64,000 nt of DNA, taken from the NCBI GenBank assembly GCA_963729625.1, contig CAVSOU010000010.1, positions 576,001-640,000 of the forward strand, written 5' to 3'. The stretch comes from an uncultured bacterium (GTDB lineage: Bacteria > Chloroflexota > UBA5177 > JANWHV01). Shown piece after piece: positions 19,128 to 29,217 of this stretch (position 1 is the first letter of the stretch; each line of letters begins with the position of its first letter). The notes below the pieces were generated by a model. It searched no databases. It was not told the DNA's origin and was given only the letters and a program-made list of their open reading frames with translations. The translations under genes were made by a program, and so were the position numbers.

Positions 19128-20007
19128 ACCGGGCGGGGTGCAAGGCGCGGCAGCCGTGCTGGCCACCCGCTGGCCGCACCCGTCAGTGCACAGGATTTCG
19201 CGGTTCGTGATACTGGAAGCGCTCCTCATCCTGATGGCCCTGATCTTCTTGATCCCGTTCGCGTACCTGATCTCGACGTCCCTCAAGTCGGATACGCAGC
19301 TGTTCACGCGCAATATCGAATGGATACCGCACCCGTTCGTGTGGTCCAACTACCGTGATGCCGTGAACCAGTTTCCCTTCGCGCAGTACTTCGCCAACAC
19401 CATGACCATCTGTATCCCGGTGGTGATCGGGGCCACGGCCTCCTCTTCCTTCGTGGCCTACGGCTTCTCGCGCCTGGTCTGGCCCGGCCGGGAGACGCTG
19501 TTCATCGTGGTGCTGGGCACCCTGATCCTGCCCTACCAGGTGACCATGATCCCGCTGTTCCTGCTCTTCCGCAGCTTCGGCTGGATCAACACCTACCTGC
19601 CGCTGATCGTGCCCGCCTTCTTCGGCAATGCGTTCTTCATCTTCCTCTTCCGCCAGTTCTACCTGGGACTGCCGACGGAGCTCTCGGACGCCGCGCGCAT
19701 CGACGGGTGCAGCGAGCTGGGTATCTTCGCCCGTATCATCCTGCCGCTCTCCAAGCCAGTGCTGGCGACGGCTGCGATCTTCTCCTTCATCGGCGCGTGG
19801 AGCGACTTCCTGGGGCCGTTGATCTACCTGAACGACTCGAGCAAGTACACCCTCTCCATCGGCGTGCAGCAGGTGATCGGCCTGGAACCGCACTGGACGT
19901 GGCTGATGGCCATCGGCGTGATCATGACCACCCCGATCTTGATCCTGTTCTTCTTCGTGCAGCGCACCTTCATCCAGGGCATCAGCTTTTCGGGCATCAA
20001 GGGGTAA
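19111..20007 (+). CDS. Carbohydrate ABC transporter permease (MalG-like)
   Basis: AYGFSRL.WPGR, FLFRQF...ELSDAARIDG, WSDFLGPLIYL, SGIKG end. Exact start uncertain. Confidence 0.9.
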   Translation: MQAPDRPGGVQGAAAVLATRWPHPSVHRISRFVILEALLILMALIFLIPFAYLISTSLKSDTQLFTRNIEWIPHPFVWSNYRDAVNQFPFAQYFANTMTICIPVVIGATASSSFVAYGFSRLVWPGRETLFIVVLGTLILPYQVTMIPLFLLFRSFGWINTYLPLIVPAFFGNAFFIFLFRQFYLGLPTELSDAARIDGCSELGIFARIILPLSKPVLATAAIFSFIGAWSDFLGPLIYLNDSSKYTLSIGVQQVIGLEPHWTWLMAIGVIMTTPILILFFFVQRTFIQGISFSGIKG

Positions 20008-20071
20008 CAGCCATGCCGAGTTCCGCCGCCTTGGCGGAGCTACGGATCTACGCATCTAGAGGAGAATCACG

Positions 20072-20506
20072 GTGATCAAAGGCCTTGGCCACATTGCCTT
20101 TCGAGTGACCGCGCTCGACCCGGCACTCAACTTCTACTGCAACATCTTGGGCTTCCGCGAAGCCTTCCGCCTCGACCGGGAAGGGGACCGCTCCCCCTGG
20201 ATCGTCTACATCCAGGTTGCCCCCGGCCAGTTCATTGAGCTCTTCCCGTTTGCCGACAAGGTTGGCTCGCAGCCGGGTGAGGATGCAGGCTATAACCATT
20301 TCAGCCTGGCGGTCGACGATATCCACGCTACCGTACGACAGCTTGGCGCACGCGGCCTGAAGATTGATGGAGAGCCGACTCGCGGCCTGGATGGCAACTT
20401 CCAATACTGGGTGACCGACCCCGACGGCAACCGCATCGAGCTGATGCAAATTGAGCCCGAGTCGCCGCACGCCGCCGCGGACGCCACCTGGACCGGCCTG
20501 CGCTAG
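20072..20506 (+). CDS. VOC/glyoxalase-family protein, paralogue C
   Basis: Same motifs as A and B with a shorter linker; AGGAG RBS, GTG start. Confidence 0.9.
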   Translation: MIKGLGHIAFRVTALDPALNFYCNILGFREAFRLDREGDRSPWIVYIQVAPGQFIELFPFADKVGSQPGEDAGYNHFSLAVDDIHATVRQLGARGLKIDGEPTRGLDGNFQYWVTDPDGNRIELMQIEPESPHAAADATWTGLR

Positions 20507-20808
20507 GCGCGGAGCGGGAATGTCGCTGGTCTGTCTCTGAACGGCGCCGGCACGTAGGCAAGCCTCGACGCACGGCTTGACGCTCACATGACACCGGGAC
20601 CCGACCCGAGGGCGACGGCCGATCGTAGTTGGCTGCTGGTTCGGAGCTCAGACAGGTCGTGGCGGCGTCACCGCTGCCGGTGTTGTGCGGCGCGCCACTG
20701 GCATCCTACAATCGTCCGGCCACTTTCGCAGGTGGCTGGCTCAATGACGGCGCGACGCATAGATTGCCGATCGCGTGATTTATTCGCGGTCTGGATGGAG
20801 GCACGCAG

Positions 20809-21924
20809 ATGAGCAATGGAATGGAACCGGTCGGAGTCGGCGTCGTTGGTTGCGGCAACATCAGCGCGAAGTACATGGAGAATCTTCTGCGGTTGTCGCC
20901 GGTTCGCCTCGCCGCCTGCGCGGACCTCGATGCCGGACGAGCGAAGGCGCGAGCCGCGCAGTTTGGTATCAGGGCCCTTTCGGTGGAGGAGTTGCTCGCG
21001 GACCAGTCTATCGAGCTCGTGCTTAACCTGACGGTTCCTCAAGCGCACGAGCAGGTTGCCTGCCTTGCGCTGAGTGCCGGCAAGCATGTCTACAACGAGA
21101 AGCCGCTGAGCATTTCCAGCCAGGCCGCCCGCAGGGTGCTGGACGAGGCACAGCGCCAGCACTTGCTAGTTGGCTGCGCACCTGACACATTCCTCGGGGG
21201 CGGGCTACAGACATGTCGCAAGCTGATCGATGACGGGTGGATCGGCGAACCGGTCGCGGCAACGGCCTCCATCATGTTGCACGGGCATGAGAGCTGGCAC
21301 CCCGATCCCGCCTTCTTTTACCAGCGGGGCGGCGGCCCTATGCTCGACGTTGGGCCCTACTACGTGACCGCTTTGGTCTCTCTTCTCGGCCCAGTCCGTC
21401 GCGTCACCGGCTCGACGCGCGTGACTTTCGCGCAGCGCACTGTAACGAGCCAGCCGAAGTACGGCGTCAAGATAGAGGTCGAGGTGCCCACGCACTTTGC
21501 GGCTGTCGTGGACTTTGTGCAGGGAGCGGTCGCCACGCTTGTAGCCAGCTTTGACATCTGGTCCTCCAATGTACCGCTGCTTGAGCTCTATGGCACGCAG
21601 GGATCGCTCAGTCTGCCGGACCCGAACGAGTTCGGCGGACCGGTGCGCGTGCGGAGGGCGGGCGCTGGAGAATGGCGCGAGATGCCGCTCTCGCACGGCA
21701 ATACGCACAACGCGCGCGGGCTGGGCGTAGCCGACATGGCGCTGGCAATTCGCTCAGGACGGCCCCATCGCGCGAGCGGCGATCTGGCCTATCACGTGCT
21801 GGACGTCATGGAGGCAGTCGACAACGCCTCACGGGAGGCCTGTCACATCGAGATTACCAGCACGTGCGATCGCCCAGCACCCTTGCGTGTGGGCCCGGAA
21901 GACGGTGTGCTCGCGATGCAGTAG
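20809..21924 (+). CDS. Gfo/Idh/MocA-family oxidoreductase
   Basis: [41 protein letters not shown]. Confidence 0.92.
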   Translation: MSNGMEPVGVGVVGCGNISAKYMENLLRLSPVRLAACADLDAGRAKARAAQFGIRALSVEELLADQSIELVLNLTVPQAHEQVACLALSAGKHVYNEKPLSISSQAARRVLDEAQRQHLLVGCAPDTFLGGGLQTCRKLIDDGWIGEPVAATASIMLHGHESWHPDPAFFYQRGGGPMLDVGPYYVTALVSLLGPVRRVTGSTRVTFAQRTVTSQPKYGVKIEVEVPTHFAAVVDFVQGAVATLVASFDIWSSNVPLLELYGTQGSLSLPDPNEFGGPVRVRRAGAGEWREMPLSHGNTHNARGLGVADMALAIRSGRPHRASGDLAYHVLDVMEAVDNASREACHIEITSTCDRPAPLRVGPEDGVLAMQ

Positions 21925-22036
21925 AGGCTGTGCTGAGCTTTCCACGTGTACGGGCGCGCTCAGGCGCCGGGCTTCCGTCCTTACGAGAGGCACAGGCCTA
22001 CTCGAGCGAGGAGCAGCAGGAACGGTCGTTCGCGTC

Positions 22037-23425
22037 CTACGGCACGATCCCGTCCACCTCGAAGCTCGCGTTGCCGGGCACCACGAATGTCCTGCGGCCG
22101 TCGACGAGATTATAGGTATAGAGACCCGTGTCTGGCTGATCGTCTTTGCGCAGGACCAGTGTCTGGCTGTCAAGCCAGCCCATGACCCGGTACCCCGCGA
22201 CAAGGTCGGCTTTGCTCGCGCCGTTAGTTCGGGCAATGCAGGCAACCGGACGAATATACGGGGCGCGCACCCCTTTTGGATAGATGATGTCCAGCCTCGT
22301 ATACGCTATCAGCGTTTCGTCCGGCGATACGAACGCCTGCCTGCTGAACACATAGGTGCTCGGCGCCGGTTGCTTGGGCAGCGCGGGATCTCTGTGCTGC
22401 CCGGCGACATCGATCAATGTTATGTCGCGGCCCCTAAACGTCATTACCTCGAGGTTGGCAGGCAGCGGACCTTCCCCTGAAGGCAGTAGCGTGTCTTTGC
22501 TCGCAAACACCATGCTCTTGCCACCCGGACTTACCCCGAGCACCTCTCCCCGCGGCTGCGAATCCTCTCCGACTGGCGGAAGCCAATCGCCCACGAGATC
22601 GCCGGTTGCCGGGTCAAACTCCTCGAGGCCCCTGTGAAAACCGGTGAAGCCGTAGCTGTTCTGCACGAGTAGCGTGGCCGGATCCCCGTATCTCCAACCA
22701 TACACGATCGGCACGCTGCCGTCGGCGTCGATCGTTTGCTGCAGCAACACGCGGGCATTCCCACCGCCCTGGTCGGTCAGCACGATTCGACTTGCCGCCA
22801 TGCTGAACTTGACTCCCTGCCACGTCCCCGGCGTTACAAGCACCCAGGCGATATACCGCCCGTCGGGCGACGGCCACGCGTCGTATACCACCTCGTCGAC
22901 TGCCGTTGGAGGGGGGACCGGCGTACGGTGGCCGAAGATATCGCCAAGGTAAAACGCACCGTCGTAGTATACGAACTCTTGCCCGGTAAAGCGCGGACGC
23001 TTGAATGGCTCGGAGCTCGTCGACAGGTTGGACAGGGCAACGGGCGACCCGCCCACGGGCAGCAGCACGACCTGCATGCCGTCGTCGAACACTATCGCGT
23101 GGTCAAGCGCCCCCAGGCTGGGCAGCGATGGGGTGCTGGCAGGAATCGGTAGCCCTTGGGGAAGATGGGCGACCACAGGCGTACCCGTCGCGGTCGGCAA
23201 GTGAGTCGCCGTAGCTGTCGGCGTTGGCCGCAATCGAGTCGGTGTGGCGGTCGAGGTGGGCCGCAACCGCGGCCGAGTGGCGGTCGGCGACGGTTTGCCG
23301 GTGGGTCTTGCGGCCGCCGCCTGCACCCTCGAACGATGCGCCACCGCGTTGCCGCTCGTCATGATAGCTGAGATAGCCAGCAGCGCGACGACCGCGGTGG
23401 CTGCCAGTACGGCTAGTCGCTTCAT
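22037..23425 (-). CDS. Secreted protein with a Pro/Thr linker and TolB-like beta-propeller repeats
   Basis: MKRLAVLAAT signal, PTATP repeats, SPDGRYIAW / SPGGKSMVF / SPDETLIAY blades; ATGA overlap with the purD stop. Confidence 0.7.
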   Translation of the reverse strand: MKRLAVLAATAVVALLAISAIMTSGNAVAHRSRVQAAAARPTGKPSPTATRPRLRPTSTATPTRLRPTPTATATHLPTATGTPVVAHLPQGLPIPASTPSLPSLGALDHAIVFDDGMQVVLLPVGGSPVALSNLSTSSEPFKRPRFTGQEFVYYDGAFYLGDIFGHRTPVPPPTAVDEVVYDAWPSPDGRYIAWVLVTPGTWQGVKFSMAASRIVLTDQGGGNARVLLQQTIDADGSVPIVYGWRYGDPATLLVQNSYGFTGFHRGLEEFDPATGDLVGDWLPPVGEDSQPRGEVLGVSPGGKSMVFASKDTLLPSGEGPLPANLEVMTFRGRDITLIDVAGQHRDPALPKQPAPSTYVFSRQAFVSPDETLIAYTRLDIIYPKGVRAPYIRPVACIARTNGASKADLVAGYRVMGWLDSQTLVLRKDDQPDTGLYTYNLVDGRRTFVVPGNASFEVDGIVP

Positions 23426-24852
23426 TTGCCGAGCGATGCGTCGTCGGCGGCGATGTCCGTCCGGCTCCAGCACCCAGTGAACGTGACCGTCTCGCGCAGC
23501 TGGTACGCAGCGGTCCGGGCATCGTCAACTGTTCGCCCGCGCGATACGACGGTCAGCACGCGCCCGCCGCTCGTGATCACCTGGTTCTCCCGTCCTCGTG
23601 ACATCATCGCGGCCTGCCGGTCCGCAACCTGCCCTCCGGCCCGACTGGGCAGAACCATGCTGAAGAACGATCGTCCGCCAAACGCTCCCCGCATTGGTCG
23701 CGGCGCCTTTGGTGTGACCAGGCTCTCGGTCCTCACGAACGGATTCCTTGTACCGCTATGGAAGATCCAGCTCGACGATCCGGTGTCTCCCAGCCCGATG
23801 ATACCGTACCCGGTCTCAACCTCCCCCGGATACCCCTCGGACGCGACGACAACACCGCATGCCGCATCGCGGTTCCATGTGAGGGGTCTGATGCTACCAA
23901 GGTCGCCGTCGATCGCGGCGTCGAGAACAATGTAGAGGTCGGTGTCAAGTCTTGGCAACACGACCTGGGTCTCAGGATCGCCAAACCTGACGTTGAACTC
24001 GAGCACCTGCGGCCCCGCGCGTGTGATCATCAGGCCCGCGTACAGGACACCCTGGAACGGAACGCCGTCGGCCGCCATACCCTCGACAGTGGGCCGGACA
24101 ATCGTGGTCATGACCTGCTCGCACAGATCATCGGTCATGGTAGAAACGGGAGAATACGAGCCCATGCCCCCAGTCATCGGGCCGGCATCGCCATCGTAGG
24201 CGCGCTTGTAGTCGCGTGCCGGAGCCAGCGGAATAACCGTCTCGCCATCGGAAATCGCCATGAAGGATACTTCGTACCCGCTGAGGAAGCTTTCTACAGT
24301 TACGCGTTGCGCTGGCTCACGACCGCGCTGCTCCAACGCCAGCCGTGCCGCGCCGATGGCCACGTGTCGGTCATTGGCAATCGTGACGCCCTTGCCGCCT
24401 GCGAGGCCGTCCGCTTTCACCACGATCGGGTACTCGTCATCGCGGAGCCGGCGAAGATAGTGCTCGACCTCGGTCAGGTCGGCGAACTCTTTGTAGGGCG
24501 CTGTTGGGATGCCGTGTCGCACCATGAATGCCTTGGCAAAGGCCTTGCTGGTCTCCAACTGAGCGGCGGCACGCGTAGGCCCGAAGATCCGCAGCTTCCG
24601 CGCACGAAACACGTCAACCACTCCGAGCGCGAGCGAGGATTCGGGCCCAACTACGGTCAGATCGATCTTGTTCTCCTCGGCCCAGTCGGCCAGCGACTCC
24701 GGGTCCGCGGCAGAGATATTGACATTCGGACCGAGCAGATTGGTCCCATAGTTTCCAGGAGCAGTGTACACCGCATGGGTAGCTGGGCTGCGGCTCAGTT
24801 TCCATGCAAGCGCATGTTCTCGGCCGCCACTGCCGATCACCAGCACGTTCAC
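23422..24852 (-). CDS. purD: Phosphoribosylamine--glycine ligase
   Basis: GSGGREHAL, VVGPE, KADGLAGGKGV, EFNVRFGDPETQ, FHSGT, GGRVL. Confidence 0.96.
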   Translation of the reverse strand: MNVLVIGSGGREHALAWKLSRSPATHAVYTAPGNYGTNLLGPNVNISAADPESLADWAEENKIDLTVVGPESSLALGVVDVFRARKLRIFGPTRAAAQLETSKAFAKAFMVRHGIPTAPYKEFADLTEVEHYLRRLRDDEYPIVVKADGLAGGKGVTIANDRHVAIGAARLALEQRGREPAQRVTVESFLSGYEVSFMAISDGETVIPLAPARDYKRAYDGDAGPMTGGMGSYSPVSTMTDDLCEQVMTTIVRPTVEGMAADGVPFQGVLYAGLMITRAGPQVLEFNVRFGDPETQVVLPRLDTDLYIVLDAAIDGDLGSIRPLTWNRDAACGVVVASEGYPGEVETGYGIIGLGDTGSSSWIFHSGTRNPFVRTESLVTPKAPRPMRGAFGGRSFFSMVLPSRAGGQVADRQAAMMSRGRENQVITSGGRVLTVVSRGRTVDDARTAAYQLRETVTFTGCWSRTDIAADDASLGK

Positions 24853-24856
24853 TACA

Positions 24857-26425
24857 TCATTCCCATTCGATCGTCGCCGGTGGTTTGGAGCTGATATCGT
24901 AGACCACCCGGTTGATCGCCGGTATCTCGTTGACCACGCGGTTCGCTATCGCCGCAAGGACATCGTACGGAATGCGCGCCCAATCGGCGGTCATCGCGTC
25001 GTCGCTCGTCACCGCGCGAATCGCCAGCACATTTGCGTATGTGCGATAGTCGCCCATCACGCCGACGCTTCGCAGCGGAGTCAGCACCGCGAACGACTGC
25101 CAGAGCTCACGATACAGCCCGGCCCGCTTGACCTCGGTCACGACAATATGGTCGGCGTCACGCAACACCCGCAGACGCTCCTCAGTCACTTCTCCCAGTA
25201 TTCGGACCGCGAGGCCAGGACCAGGAAACGGTTGCCGGAACACCATCGCCTCGGGAAGGCCGAGCGCCAGTCCAACTCTGCGGGCCTCATCTTTGAACAG
25301 GTAGCGCAGCGGCTCGACCAGATCGAACGGCAGATCATCTGGAAGGCCTCCGACGTTATGGTGCGTCTTGATCTTGACCGCATGACCCGTCTCGTGGCTT
25401 GTGCTTTCGATCACGTCCGGGTAAAGCGTACCCTGTGCGAGAAACCGCACGTCGCCGAACTCATGACGGATGCGCTCCGCCTCGGCTCGGAAGACGTCGA
25501 TGAACGTTCGCCCGATGACCATGCGCTTCTGCTCGGGATCCTCAATTCCCGCGAGCGCGCTCAGGAACCGCGATCGCGCGTCGGCGTGCTCGACACGAAT
25601 GTGCATGTCACGTTTGAAGGCCGTGAGCAGCTGTTCCCCCTCGTCCTTGCGTAGCAGTCCATTGTCCACGAACACGCAGATAAGGTGGTCGCCGATCGCC
25701 CTGGAGATCAGCGTCGCCGCCACGGCGCTGTCGACTCCGCCGCTCAGGCCACAAAGCACCCGCCCGTCTCCTACCTGGGCGCGAATTCGGGCGACCGACT
25801 CCTCGATCACGTTCTCAGGCGTCCACGTGCCATGGCAGCCGCAGATGTCGCGAACGAATGTGCGCAGCAGCGCCCGCCCAACCGGCGTGTGCACGACCTC
25901 AGGATGGAACTGCACGCCAACATGGCCTTTGTCATCGGCAATCGCGGCGATTGGCGTAGTTTCGGTTCTGCCGATGACGCGAAATCCTGGAGGGAGCTCG
26001 CCTACGGCATCGCCATGGCTCATCCAGGCTTTGAACGACGTGGGAAAACCGGCAAAAACACTGGCTTGCTCGAGCACCTCGACTTCTGCCGGGCCGTACT
26101 CACGTTGCTCGGAACCGACAATTGAGCCTCCCTGCTGATGTGCCAGCAGGTGCATTCCGTAGCAGATGCCGAGCACGGGAAGGCCGCTAGCCAACAACTC
26201 AACCGGCGCCTGAGGCGCGCCTGGCTCGTAGACGCTGGCAGGACCTCCGCTCAGCACGAATCCCTTGGGACGAAGTGCAGCAATAGCCTCCCAGGGAGTA
26301 CTGGGAGGCACCAGCTCACAGTAGACGCTGCAATCACGAATGCGCCTGGCTATCAGCCGGCTGTACTGTGATCCAAAGTCCAGTATGACGATTGTCTCGC
26401 GCGCGGGCGTGATCGCGGATGCCAT
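24857..26425 (-). CDS. guaA: GMP synthase (glutamine-hydrolysing)
   Basis: [41 protein letters not shown]. Start at ATG 26425, after AGGAG. Confidence 0.97.
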   Translation of the reverse strand: MASAITPARETIVILDFGSQYSRLIARRIRDCSVYCELVPPSTPWEAIAALRPKGFVLSGGPASVYEPGAPQAPVELLASGLPVLGICYGMHLLAHQQGGSIVGSEQREYGPAEVEVLEQASVFAGFPTSFKAWMSHGDAVGELPPGFRVIGRTETTPIAAIADDKGHVGVQFHPEVVHTPVGRALLRTFVRDICGCHGTWTPENVIEESVARIRAQVGDGRVLCGLSGGVDSAVAATLISRAIGDHLICVFVDNGLLRKDEGEQLLTAFKRDMHIRVEHADARSRFLSALAGIEDPEQKRMVIGRTFIDVFRAEAERIRHEFGDVRFLAQGTLYPDVIESTSHETGHAVKIKTHHNVGGLPDDLPFDLVEPLRYLFKDEARRVGLALGLPEAMVFRQPFPGPGLAVRILGEVTEERLRVLRDADHIVVTEVKRAGLYRELWQSFAVLTPLRSVGVMGDYRTYANVLAIRAVTSDDAMTADWARIPYDVLAAIANRVVNEIPAINRVVYDISSKPPATIEWE

Positions 26426-26514
26426 CCAACTCCTGTCAAGCACTCAGCGCCACCGCGACATCATCTACAAGGTACCGAGTTTGGCCGTGCTCGTGTGCCG
26501 CGATCAGCGGCTCG

Positions 26515-27738
26515 CTAGCCGGCCGCGGCAACCAACGGAGCGCCCAGACCGGCTGCCGCTCGCAGCGCCGCTGCCTTGTCCGTCCTCTCCCACGGCAAGT
26601 CGAGGTCCGGCCGCCCAAAGTGGCCGTAGCTCGCCGTCTGCTGGTAAATCGGACGGCGCAGGTTGAGATCGCGCAAGATGGCCGCCGGCCGCAAATCGAA
26701 ATGCGCGCGGATGAGCCGTTCGATCAGCGAGTCGCTGACACGCGCCGTGCCGAAGCTCTCGATGCCGATCGACACGGGATGGGCTACTCCAATTGCGTAC
26801 GCAACGCGAACCTCGAATCGATCGGCAAGGCCGGCAGCAACAATGTTTTTGGCGACCCAGCGTGCCGCGTAGCTGGCCGACCGGTCAACCTTCGTCGGGT
26901 CTTTGCCCGAGAACGCTCCTCCACCATGTCGTGCCATGCCTCCATAGGTATCCACGATGATCTTGCGGCCGGTGAGACCGGCGTCACCCAACGGGCCGCC
27001 GATGACAAACCGCCCGGTCGGATTGACGAAATACCGAGTTGTCGAGTCGAGCATCGACTCGGGCACGACCGGGCGGACCACCAGCTCGAGCACGTCACGC
27101 CGGATCTGCTCGAGTGTGGCGTCAGGCGCGTGCTGCGTCGAGATCACCAGGGTGTCGACACGCGTGGGCCGGCCGTTCAGGTACTCGATCGAGACCTGAG
27201 ACTTGCCGTCCGGACGCAGATAGGGCAGCGTCCCGTCCTTCCGCACCGCCGCCAGCCGTCGTGTCAGGGCGTGCGCCAGACTGATCGGGAGCGGCATCAG
27301 CTCTGGTGTCTCCGTGCACGCGTACCCAAACATCATGCCCTGGTCACCCGCTCCCATCAGATCGAGCTCCGCATCGGTCGCCTCGCCTTCCCGCGTCTCA
27401 AGCGCGCTGTTCACGCCCTGCGCGATGTCGGGCGATTGCACGCCGATTGACGCCAGCACGCCGCAGGTCTCGAAGTCCAGGCCGTACGTGGCGTTCGTGT
27501 AGCCGATGCCCTGCACGACTTTGCGCACGAGAGGCCCGATGTCAACGAACCCGTTCGTCGTGATTTCGCCCATTACCACCACAAGGCCGGTCGTCGTAGC
27601 CGTCTCGCAGGCCACTCGTGACATCGGATCCTGGCGCAGCAGATCATCCAGCACCGCATCCGAGATCTGATCGCACATTTTGTCGGGGTGACCCTCGGTC
27701 ACCGATTCTGAAGTGAACAAGATTCGCTGGTTCTGCAT
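26515..27738 (-). CDS. metK: S-adenosylmethionine synthetase
   Basis: [34 protein letters not shown]. Confidence 0.97.
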   Translation of the reverse strand: MQNQRILFTSESVTEGHPDKMCDQISDAVLDDLLRQDPMSRVACETATTTGLVVVMGEITTNGFVDIGPLVRKVVQGIGYTNATYGLDFETCGVLASIGVQSPDIAQGVNSALETREGEATDAELDLMGAGDQGMMFGYACTETPELMPLPISLAHALTRRLAAVRKDGTLPYLRPDGKSQVSIEYLNGRPTRVDTLVISTQHAPDATLEQIRRDVLELVVRPVVPESMLDSTTRYFVNPTGRFVIGGPLGDAGLTGRKIIVDTYGGMARHGGGAFSGKDPTKVDRSASYAARWVAKNIVAAGLADRFEVRVAYAIGVAHPVSIGIESFGTARVSDSLIERLIRAHFDLRPAAILRDLNLRRPIYQQTASYGHFGRPDLDLPWERTDKAAALRAAAGLGAPLVAAAG

Positions 27739-27917
27739 GCTATTCCCCCACAACGAGATATGCGTGAATCCGGTTCCTTGAGGCCTGTGGCCGGACTGAT
27801 CGTTCCAACCGGGATACGCGAATAGTCATCTGCTCTGTCTTGGGCCGAGGCCACGCCCGATTTCTTGAGGTCGGGGAGAGCACGTCCTTTCAGACTTCCG
27901 GATTCGGCCAACCCCCC

Positions 27918-29192
27918 TCAGGTACCTGACTTCCACGAGGCGAGATAGGCGATCTGCTCGTCAGTCAGCGTGTCAATCGTCACTCCAAGTGTCTGCAGCT
28001 TCGTTCTGGCTACGCGCTGATCGATCTCCTCCGGCACGTAGTGAACGCCGGGCAGGAGCGTGACCGAACCCGATGCCAGATACTCTACCGTGAGCGCCTG
28101 GTTGGCAAAGCTCATGTCCATCACCGCTGCCGGGTGCCCCTCCGCAGCGGATATGTTGACGAGCCGGCCTTCGGCGAGGACGTAGAGCAGGCGGCCGTCC
28201 GGAAGAGCGTATTCCTGCACGAATGGGCGCACCGTGCGCACCGTTGCTCCTCGAGCCAGCTCATCGAGATCGATCTCGTCGTTGAAATGGCCTGAGTTCG
28301 CCAGAATTGCGCCATGCTTGAAAACGGCAAAATGGCGCCGGTCGACCACGTGGTAGTTGCCGGTGACAGTCACCACGAGATCGGCGACTTTGGCGGCCTC
28401 TTCGAGTGTGCTGACTCGGTGACCGTCCATCAGGGCCTCGAGCGCTCGCGTCGGATTGACTTCAGTAACGATCACGTGGGCGCCCAGACCGTGCGCCCGC
28501 ATGGCCACGCCGCGGCCGCACCAGCCGTAACCGACCACCACGACTGTGCGACCGGCGAGGAGAAGGTTCGTGCTGCGCATGATGGCGTCCATCGTGCTCT
28601 GGCCAGTGCCGTACCGATTGTCAAAGAGGTGCTTCGTGTCCGCTTCGTTGATCGCGATCACCGGGTAGCGCAGGACACCCTCAGCCGCCATGCTACGAAG
28701 TCGGATCACACCGGTTGTCGTCTCCTCAGTTCCCGCCATAACTCCGGGAAGCTTGTCTTTCCGATCCGTGTGCAGCGTGGTCACCAGGTCGCAGCCGTCA
28801 TCCATCGTCACCTGCGGATTGGCGTCGATCGTCGCATGGATGTGCCGGTAGTAACTCGCCGAATCCTCGCCCTTTATCGCGAAGGTGCTTATGCCGTGGT
28901 ACTGGACGAGCGCTGCCGCGGTATCGTCCTGCGTCGAAAGGGGATTCGATGCACACAGCGTGACGTCGGCGCCACCGGCCTTGAGCGTGATGGCCAAATT
29001 GGCTGTCTCAGTCGTCACGTGGAGGCAGGCACCTATTCGCAGACCCTTCAGCGGCTGTTCCTTCGCAAAGCGTTGCCGGATCATGGCGAGCACCGGCATC
29101 TGCGTCGCCGCCCATTCGATCTTGTCTTGGCCCAGACGCGCCAGCGACATGTCCTTCACATCGTGCTTCGTACCAGCTTCGACACTCATCAT
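27918..29192 (-). CDS. ahcY: Adenosylhomocysteinase
   Basis: CLHVT, SNPLSTQD, EETTTG, KHLFDNRYGTGQS, GYGWCGRG, EGHP..VMDMSF. Confidence 0.96.
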   Translation of the reverse strand: MMSVEAGTKHDVKDMSLARLGQDKIEWAATQMPVLAMIRQRFAKEQPLKGLRIGACLHVTTETANLAITLKAGGADVTLCASNPLSTQDDTAAALVQYHGISTFAIKGEDSASYYRHIHATIDANPQVTMDDGCDLVTTLHTDRKDKLPGVMAGTEETTTGVIRLRSMAAEGVLRYPVIAINEADTKHLFDNRYGTGQSTMDAIMRSTNLLLAGRTVVVVGYGWCGRGVAMRAHGLGAHVIVTEVNPTRALEALMDGHRVSTLEEAAKVADLVVTVTGNYHVVDRRHFAVFKHGAILANSGHFNDEIDLDELARGATVRTVRPFVQEYALPDGRLLYVLAEGRLVNISAAEGHPAAVMDMSFANQALTVEYLASGSVTLLPGVHYVPEEIDQRVARTKLQTLGVTIDTLTDEQIAYLASWKSGT

Positions 29193-29217
29193 GCGTCCCT
29201 CTCCGCTCGACCGGATT

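Noticed and set aside
23581-23748. Intein or intron in purD
   Set aside because: Too short, no intein terminal residues, no splice-element motifs; kept only as an in-frame insertion.
26426-26514. Purine riboswitch upstream of guaA
   Set aside because: The gap is short and lacks the purine aptamer core.
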